Program-made: the position numbers and the translations under genes
IMG/VR virus record: IMGVR_UViG_3300025018_000111
Location: 49,941 to 113,940 of that record
Reading direction: 5' to 3' (one strand)
Source of the DNA: a virus
Length of the DNA stretch: 64,000 bases
In this document: piece after piece, positions 57,659-64,000 of the stretch
Layout of the letters: each line of letters opens with the position of its first letter
Position numbering within the stretch: the first letter of the stretch is position 1
The notes under the pieces: model-generated
Databases searched by the model: none
Told to the model about the DNA's origin: nothing
The model's input: the letters and a program-made list of their open reading frames with translations, nothing else

Positions 57659-57680
57659 ATTTCTGTTAAATTAAGACAAT

Positions 57681-57708
57681 ATTATATCAAAAAACCAAGG
57701 AATGTCAA
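57681..57708 (-). promoter_or_regulatory. consensus sigma70 promoter
   Basis: TTGACA-N16-TATAAT upstream of the helicase. Confidence 0.75.
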
Positions 57709-58082
57709 GGACGATAATTGAAAACGTCGAATATTTTAGAGTCGATACCGTAGGCGAATATTGACCATTTGTGGATAGCCTCATTTAGGTGGCATTGGCT
57801 AAAAACGCGGAATGGTTTGATGGTCACAAAGATTTTGAATCGTTTTCCACGAGGTTCAATGGAAAAAATCAAAACTCTTTTGTTCTTAAATTTTTCGGAA
57901 TCAGGTTTTCCAAGAACAACCTTGTATCCAAAAGATTTTGAATACGATGTCGGATCTGTACATTTTTGGAACTCAAAATATTTTGAGAATTTTTCAGAAT
58001 CCTCTTCTGAGAACCACCTAGATTTTGAAGGATTTTCTATTTTAAGTACATTTTTAATTTTCCGATTCTTTTTCCTAGTCAT
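57705..58082 (-). CDS. hypothetical basic protein
   Basis: 125 aa; first gene of the minus-strand block, with its own promoter. Confidence 0.55.
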   Translation of the reverse strand: MTRKKNRKIKNVLKIENPSKSRWFSEEDSEKFSKYFEFQKCTDPTSYSKSFGYKVVLGKPDSEKFKNKRVLIFSIEPRGKRFKIFVTIKPFRVFSQCHLNEAIHKWSIFAYGIDSKIFDVFNYRP

Positions 58083-58088
58083 TGGAAG

Positions 58089-58117
58089 AATTTAAGAGAA
58101 AGCCGGAACCTTGTCAA
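58089..58117 (-). promoter_or_regulatory. sigma70-type promoter (likely leaderless transcript)
   Basis: TTGACA-N17-TAAATT; ATG 6 nt downstream. Confidence 0.6.
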
Positions 58118-59220
58118 CCGCTTATTCGTTACTAACCGATATTTGATTGGAGAAAATCCTCGTTTGTTTAGAGGATATTCCATTTGATAATTGTCGAATA
58201 TTGTCGGATTTTCCATGAGAATCGGCAAAATAACCGAATAATTGATTGATCCAAATATTGAATCGAACAGGGGTCAATCTAGGTTGTTTCAGAACAAAAA
58301 GTAGAGAAATATTTAATTTTCAAGTTTTCTTTTCTTCCTCAATTTGACCAGAAACAATATTTAAGAACAAGAAATCAAACAAAGAAATTCCTAATATTAC
58401 TTTCTTAGAGCCGCGAGGCGATATCCCTGTTATCATGGTAAAAATATGAGGGAAAAGAGTAGAACAATCGTGAGATTTTTGGACGTTTGCAAATCTACAG
58501 AATATTAATTTTAACAATGTTGAAAAATGATGCAAACTCCAAAATAACTCTACTCAACATATCGAATATTGTTGGAAGTTGTTGAAGAGAATAATCTCAA
58601 AATTCTCCATATTTTTAGGGTAACTATCCATAATATTCCAAAACTTTCGCTATCGCTCAAATTTTAGAATATTATATTGATTTATTGAATTTTGAGGGAG
58701 AATATTGGATTTTCAATTTTCCAATTCTCAACGAATTAGAGTTCTATAGATAGAAAATGACTCCTTTTCTTTTTTAATGTTGCTTTCCCGTTTTTTAAAC
58801 AAAGTTTAGTCATTTTCAAAAGCGTAATGAATCGATAGATTGGAGGGGTTTTGCGCTAATCTGTCGAGCACAAACGCTTAACCTGGTTCAAGTAATAGCG
58901 CAAAAAGACTAACGCGCTACCGCTTGTTGAAAAATTCCACTACGTTACATTTTTCTTGGTTTAGAAATTTTAGTTAAAAAATACATTATTTGAATTTATC
59001 TCTTAAAGGCCCCTCTAAGCGATTTTAACATGTGGTCTGCTATGTTGACACTAGTACCACAGCAAAAGTCGCTTAGAGAGCCTATTAGGCCCCAAAGAAT
59101 TGATCTCACTATCGTTCAATCAATCCATTGGAACCTTCGGAGTTAAATTGTACTCCAAAACTTCAAAAATAAACTTTTTCTTTTATTAATTTTCTTTTTT
59201 TCGTTTCACTCAAAACGAAA

Positions 59221-59373
59221 ATTATATTTAAATATTATATTATATTATATTCTTATATTACATTATATTACATTATATTACATTATATCACTATATTCCT
59301 ATATTCCTATATTGCTATATTATATTACTATATTATTATATTATATATATTCCTATATAATATATATAATATA
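59221..59373. repeat. AT-rich (T/C)ATTA pentamer repeat tract
   Basis: attatattatattatattc...cattatattacattatattacattatatc; nearly pure A/T. Confidence 0.85.
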
Positions 59374-59386
59374 AGAAGGGGAATTC

Positions 59387-59526
59387 GTCTAAGAGCTACG
59401 CTCTTAGACAGTAAAAAGAAACTACGTTTCTTTTTACTATTAATATTTATATTATATATATTATATAATATAAATATAGTCTAAAGGCAAAGCCTTTAGA
59501 CGGAAAAGAGGCGGGGCCTCTTTTCC
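59387..59526. repeat. array of five perfect inverted repeats with 3-nt loops
   Basis: 59387-59409, 59410-59438, 59443-59477, 59479-59501, 59502-59526. Confidence 0.9.
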
Positions 59527-59820
59527 TCAGAAAAGAAAATTATATAAAAGAAAAGAGTAAGAGTCAAGAAAAAAAAGAAAAAAAGATCGTGACTCGTAAA
59601 AATTAAAATTTTTCCTTGTGGAGACAAACTCTTTCCTTAATCCCCAATACCCCCTTGATCCCCTAACTTTCCTTTAATCCCCCCTATAGTCCCCCCTTGA
59701 TTGGTTTTCTTTCCCCTTATCCCCCTTTTCCCCTAATGGTTTTCTCTCAGGGGACTTGAACCTGAAGAAAAATGTCCGAAAACAATGTTGCGACATGATC
59801 CCAAACGAGAGATCGACGCT

Positions 59821-60185
59821 AAGGGGCCAAATTTGACTTCTAAGAGGTTTTCTTGGTCTTGGTGGTATGAACAGACGTCCTTGACCTTAAAACCGCGTCA
59901 CAAGTCAAATTTGAGTGTTTTTGAGATATTGCCCAAAGTGGACTTCAGTTCAGATGGAAATTCCGTCAGAGCAGATCTGATCCGCCTTTGAAAAACAGAA
60001 TTTCCCTTGAGCATTGTCGAAATTCGGCGAAGAGATATTCCTCAAACCTCTAGTCGTCGAGACAGTATTCCAGATTCCGACGATAAGGGGTCAAATTTCG
60101 TCTCTGCCTCTGTTTTAGAATGTTGGAGGTATGAACAGACGTTTCAATGACAAAATAGCGTTAGAACTCAAATTTGAGCGTTTTT
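59821..60185. repeat. two ~100-bp imperfect direct repeats (59821-59922, 60085-60185)
   Basis: aagggg.caaattt...ggtatgaacagacgt...tcaaatttgag.gttttt in both. Confidence 0.75.
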
Positions 60186-60401
60186 CTCAACGAGGACAGA
60201 ATTCTGGCTCTTGGATAGGAATTTCCATTAAAATTCGAGGTTGTCGAAAACTTGAACCAGAATTCGTTTCAGATTTTTTGGACCTTAAACGGAAGAAGTT
60301 GAAAATAGTACGTATACGTACTTTATAGCCTTTTTTAAATATAATACACAGGTTTTCTGAAATATTCCAACATTTTTAAAAAAAATTTTTATATAAAACA
60401 G

Positions 60402-60430
60402 TTGACAAGAAATTCAAAAGTTGTTACAAT
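60402..60430 (+). promoter_or_regulatory. sigma70 promoter (likely leaderless transcript)
   Basis: TTGACA-N17-TACAAT; ATG 6 nt downstream. Confidence 0.75.
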
Positions 60431-60436
60431 CGCCTA

Positions 60437-61006
60437 ATGGGAAAAATAATAGGATTATCAGGATATGCGAGATCTGGGAAAGATGAATTTTTCAAAATAA
60501 CATCTAGGTTATTTCCAGAAATGAAAATTCTAAGACTCGGATTTGCCGATGGGTTGAAAAGTTACTTAGATGATTTTTTGATTGAGGAAACTGGATTCTC
60601 TGCATTCACAGACAACGAAGAAGAAAAAAAGACCATTCGACCCTACTTGGTTTTAATCGCGAATTATTACCGATTCAAAACTGGAGGAAAATTCTGGATC
60701 GACAATTGGGAAAAGGAGAGAAAGAAAATTTCAAATGATTATGATTTTCTGTTTGTTCCAGATGTTAGATTCATGAATGAGTTGGTTTTTCTCAAAAATG
60801 AGAAAAGATCAACAAACATCGATGTGAATTTAACATTGAATGGAATATCCAACCCTCCGGCAAACATCAGTGAGGCGAACCAAACATCATCGACAAAGAA
60901 TTTTTGTGACTTAAAATTCTCTTGGGAAAAATCTGACGATGAAGATTATAAAATGAAAACTGTTCAAAATTTTTATGAAATTTACGAAGGAATCTTTTTT
61001 AAGTAG
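60437..61006 (+). CDS. deoxynucleoside monophosphate kinase-like P-loop protein
   Basis: IIGLSGYARSGKD, GFADGLK, FWID, VPDVRFMNE. Confidence 0.8.
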   Translation: MGKIIGLSGYARSGKDEFFKITSRLFPEMKILRLGFADGLKSYLDDFLIEETGFSAFTDNEEEKKTIRPYLVLIANYYRFKTGGKFWIDNWEKERKKISNDYDFLFVPDVRFMNELVFLKNEKRSTNIDVNLTLNGISNPPANISEANQTSSTKNFCDLKFSWEKSDDEDYKMKTVQNFYEIYEGIFFK

Positions 61007-61418
61007 AATACAAGACGATTTATATTCTTTTCCTAGACATTCTGACAACGAAGATTCAAAAAGGATATTTTCTATTTATACAACAGGAATACTTCCTGAT
61101 ATTTGTTTTAAAAATGAAGAAGATAATCCGAAATGTTCTGGAACAATATTGTTAGAATGTCTAAAAAATGAAAAGTATAAAAACTTTATTCTTGTGTTTA
61201 TTTTTGAAGATCCTGATTCTGGATATACATTAGATGATTATTTCACTTTTGATCAATACGAAGCGGATCAAGTGTGGGAAAGTTCTTGTGCGTTGTTGAA
61301 GTCACTCAACGAAAGAGGACCAATCCACATTCTATCCGTGAGCGGCGATCTACAAAACGAGGAAAAATATGGAGTATTATTTGACGCATGGAGAGGAGAA
61401 ATTGAAAATGCTAAATGA
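60975..61418 (+). CDS. hypothetical protein
   Basis: 147-aa ORF overlapping neighbours. Confidence 0.55.
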   Translation: MKFTKESFLSRIQDDLYSFPRHSDNEDSKRIFSIYTTGILPDICFKNEEDNPKCSGTILLECLKNEKYKNFILVFIFEDPDSGYTLDDYFTFDQYEADQVWESSCALLKSLNERGPIHILSVSGDLQNEEKYGVLFDAWRGEIENAK

Positions 61419-62019
61419 AACAGACCTTATAGAAAATGTTCTACTTAAAAGAGATTCAGATTCTTATCTAATTTTAAAATCTAAATACGAAAATTGTTTT
61501 TATGATATTTATCATAAATATAGGGGAAGATTGTACGAGTCAGGAGTTTCCCCAGAAGATTCTTTGACGGATGTTGATTTTATCTTGATAAAGAGCATCA
61601 ATGACTTTGACCCTAGCTTAAATGTTAAGTTTTCGACATTCTTTACCGGAAGGTCTATTTTCCATTTTAAAACATTAACCAGCGGGAAAAGGAGCGTCCA
61701 ATACAAAAAGACATCTAATCTGGAAACAGAAATATATGAGAATTTCGAGGATGAAAGTATTTATTCACCCGTGGATCATGCTCGGTTTTCGGATTGTTTG
61801 GAACTAGTTTCTGAAATAATTGATCGAGATATTTTTTCAGAGAAAAAGAAGAGTATCCTTAGACTAAAGTTTCTTTCAGAAGAAGGGATCGTTCCAACAA
61901 AAGACGTTGCCCGTAGACTTGGATTAAAATACGGATCTGTTTCTCTTGTGATCAAGGAATCAATGAAGAAAATAAAGAAAATACTACTTTCTGAAAAAAA
62001 GTTGTCTACATTTTTTTGA
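61408..62019 (+). CDS. phage sigma70-family RNA polymerase sigma factor
   Basis: Region 2 LIKSINDFDPSLNVKFSTF; region 4 ILRLKF...TKDVARRLGLKYGSV; ATG 61408 with GGAGAGGAG upstream. Confidence 0.82.
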   Translation: MLNETDLIENVLLKRDSDSYLILKSKYENCFYDIYHKYRGRLYESGVSPEDSLTDVDFILIKSINDFDPSLNVKFSTFFTGRSIFHFKTLTSGKRSVQYKKTSNLETEIYENFEDESIYSPVDHARFSDCLELVSEIIDRDIFSEKKKSILRLKFLSEEGIVPTKDVARRLGLKYGSVSLVIKESMKKIKKILLSEKKLSTFF

Positions 62020-62046
62020 TTCTTTGGATTATAAAAATAATAAGAG

Positions 62047-63168
62047 ATGATTAACTTAAATTTACCGATAAATAATACAAGTTTTGGGCAAGTTTCGTGG
62101 GGGATTCTTCGACACTTGTATGAGACCGGAGAAAACCCCAACGTGTTTCCAAGAGGAGATAAGCACGATATTTCCTCTCAAGCGTTTGATCCTAGTTTTA
62201 ATCAGTGGCTTCAGGGATGTATTAACAAAGGGTTATTTTATTTGGATTTCGATTCTCAGAAAACTTTTTCGCTTTGGCATCTTTTCGACAGTTTCACGAA
62301 ATACACAAAGGAAAATTATCTCTTCTCATTTTATGAACTAGACTCTCCGACTCCTTTAGAATTAAATGCAGTAAGAAACACAACAAAAACTTTCTTTTCT
62401 AGCGAATATAGTGTAAAGACATTTAAAGAGTTTGGGATTGATAATGTTGATTATCTCCCATTATTTTTCGATAAATGGAATTTCCATCAAAAGAAAGATA
62501 AAGAATATTTCTCTGATGGTAGGATTGTTTTTAATATTGTTGGAAAGTTCGAGCATCGTAAAAATCACGCAAAAGTTTTGAAAGCATGGGCCAAAAAATA
62601 TGGCCGAAAGACCGGAGATGGAAAAGGAGCATTCAAATATTTCCTTCAATGTGCCCTAATGAATCCTTGGTTGGGAAGAGATAAGATGATTGGGATTGTA
62701 AATTCGGTTTTTGAAGGACAAAAATATGATAATATTACGATCCTCGATCACATGGACGAGAATTTGACCTACAACGACTTCTTAAATTCTGGGAACATCG
62801 TATTAGGAATGAGCGGTGGAGAAGGGTGGGGGCTTCCTGAGTTCCAAAGCGTTGCAGTCGGAAAACATTCTGTTATTATGAACGCTCACTCTTATAAAGG
62901 GTGGGCAAATTCTGAAAATAGTGTAATGGTAAATTCTTCTGGAAAGTTTGAATCTCACGATGGATTATTTTTCCAAAATGGAGATATAAAAAACCAAGGA
63001 AAGTTCTTTGATTTTAAGGAAGACGATTTCATCCTAGGATGCGAAGAGGCAGTGAAAAGAGTCGAAAAGAACCCTATGAATGAAATTGGATTAAAATTAC
63101 AAGAAAAGTTTAGTGTAGAGAAATTCTTCGACAATTTAAACAGATTATGCAATTCATCAACAAAATAG
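62047..63168 (+). CDS. GT4-like glycosyltransferase
   Basis: TSFGQVS, FYELD, FNIVGKFEHRKNH, SGGEGWGLPEFQSVAVGK. Confidence 0.85.
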   Translation: MINLNLPINNTSFGQVSWGILRHLYETGENPNVFPRGDKHDISSQAFDPSFNQWLQGCINKGLFYLDFDSQKTFSLWHLFDSFTKYTKENYLFSFYELDSPTPLELNAVRNTTKTFFSSEYSVKTFKEFGIDNVDYLPLFFDKWNFHQKKDKEYFSDGRIVFNIVGKFEHRKNHAKVLKAWAKKYGRKTGDGKGAFKYFLQCALMNPWLGRDKMIGIVNSVFEGQKYDNITILDHMDENLTYNDFLNSGNIVLGMSGGEGWGLPEFQSVAVGKHSVIMNAHSYKGWANSENSVMVNSSGKFESHDGLFFQNGDIKNQGKFFDFKEDDFILGCEEAVKRVEKNPMNEIGLKLQEKFSVEKFFDNLNRLCNSSTK

Positions 63169-63425
63169 AAAAGAAGTGGTATGAGTTTTGGAAAAACGAC
63201 TTGTCCGTGACGTTATATGGAATGAGCCTTCCAGACAACGAGTTCGTTAGACATTTAAGAACCTACACTAACGAATTTCCCAAAAATAAAAAGAATTTTT
63301 CAATGGAACTCGTTTTAGAAAATAATGCGAATGTGGAAATAGGAGTAGAATCAAAGAATTTTCTGAAAGATAGATTTTCCGAATTCGCATTTATCTTCGT
63401 GAGCTACAAGAATTCGGACCTGTGA
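63147..63425 (+). CDS. hypothetical protein
   Basis: 92-aa ORF. Confidence 0.5.
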   Translation: MQFINKIEKKWYEFWKNDLSVTLYGMSLPDNEFVRHLRTYTNEFPKNKKNFSMELVLENNANVEIGVESKNFLKDRFSEFAFIFVSYKNSDL

Positions 63426-63429
63426 ATTT

Positions 63430-63825
63430 ATGCCGATTTATTTATTTCAAAATCCTAACACTGGAGAAATAAAAGAGGTCGTTCAGAAGATGAATGATCT
63501 CCATGTTTACAAAGAGGATGGATTGTTGTGGAACAGACTGTTTACCATTCCTCAAGCCAGCATTGATACTGATATTGATCCATTGAGTCAAAATAGCTGG
63601 AACGAGAAAACTAGAAATAAAACTGGGACTATGGGGGATTTAATTGACAAAAGCAGAGAGTTGAGCGATAAAAGGGAAAAAATAATAGGCAAAGATCCTA
63701 TAAGAGAAAAGTATTTTGATGATTTCCGAAAAACTAGTAAAGGAGCGTATCATCAAGATGATCCGAGAAAAAAACAAGAAGCGGACAAAAGGTTGAAAAA
63801 GTTAGGAGTTTATTTTGAAGACTAA
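63430..63825 (+). CDS. FmdB-like protein lacking Zn-ribbon cysteines
   Basis: MPIYLFQNPNTGEIKEVVQKMND matches the MPxYxYxC..CG..FE pattern but without Cys. Confidence 0.5.
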   Translation: MPIYLFQNPNTGEIKEVVQKMNDLHVYKEDGLLWNRLFTIPQASIDTDIDPLSQNSWNEKTRNKTGTMGDLIDKSRELSDKREKIIGKDPIREKYFDDFRKTSKGAYHQDDPRKKQEADKRLKKLGVYFED

Positions 63826-63884
63826 TGTAAGAAACATGGAATATAAAGAGATTGGGAATAGGAAGATATTTTATTACCAATTTT

Positions 63885-63926
63885 TCAAAAGAAAGCCCCG
63901 TCATTCATGTCGGGGATGAATTTTGA
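63885..63926 (-). repeat. IS200/IS605-end-like palindromic repeat, copy 5 (best-preserved hairpin)
   Basis: tcaaaattcatccccgacatgaatgacggggctttcttttga. Confidence 0.7.
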
Positions 63927-63953
63927 TCTTTTTTTGAAAAACTTGTTTGAAAC

Positions 63954-63961
63954 AGTGTATT
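63954..63961 (+). promoter_or_regulatory. AGTGTATT candidate phage promoter motif
   Basis: Intergenic, 10 nt before an ATG at 63972. Confidence 0.45.
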
Positions 63962-64000
63962 CTATAATAGAATGATGATACAAAATAGACATAAAAAGTA

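Larger units (their letters stand above)
58120..60400. other. non-coding divergence region, candidate replication origin or packaging/terminus region
   Basis: 2.3 kb without a credible ORF, at the transcription strand switch; AT-rich pentamer repeats, hairpin array, phased C-tracts. Confidence 0.55.

Noticed and set aside
58120-60400. CRISPR array or tRNA genes in the non-coding region; short ORFs 58320, 59785 and 60131
   Set aside because: No regular repeat-spacer pattern and no cloverleaf with T-loop consensus seen; the short ORFs overlap repeats and lack coding character
3212-63152. Numerous antisense or alternate-frame ORFs in the track (e.g. 6648..7199, 36784..37026, 49765..50409)
   Set aside because: Shadows of well-supported genes, with no recognisable motifs
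1-64000. Alternative genetic code (stop-codon reassignment)
   Set aside because: Long genes are intact in code 11, and TAA, TAG and TGA all end genes at coupled junctions

Overview
This window is a 64-kb segment of a large, AT-rich tailed (siphovirus-like) phage genome in the standard genetic code. Positions 1-20.9 kb (+) hold neck genes, tail-tube genes, a LamG fibre, chaperones and a 2239-aa tape measure protein. Positions 20.9-28.9 kb (-) hold a lambda-like M-L-K-I-J tail-tip operon, inverted relative to the tape measure gene. Positions 28.9-32.7 kb (+) hold three more tube-like paralogs. Positions 32.7-58.1 kb (-) hold a replication and metabolism block: SSAP, glycosyltransferases, SSB, fragmented DNA Pol III alpha, DEDDh exonuclease, Cas4-like nuclease, primase, DnaB, RecA, MazG-like enzyme, ThyX, CCA-adding enzyme and SF1 helicase. 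Positions 58.1-60.4 kb are non-coding, hairpin-rich and a candidate origin. Positions 60.4-64 kb (+) hold a dNMP kinase, a sigma factor and a glycosyltransferase. The main finding is a fractured dnaE. Its halves carry a naturally split intein (IntN 94 aa, IntC 36 aa) and are separated by a PD-(D/E)XK nuclease plus DNA methyltransferase pair. The N-half also has a contiguous mini-intein, and the PHP domain is a third, separate gene. Other findings are an IS200/IS605-end-like repeat family placed at a fixed distance before start codons, an AGTGTATT candidate phage promoter motif, and an array of five perfect triloop hairpins. All functional calls come from motif recognition by eye; no searches were run.
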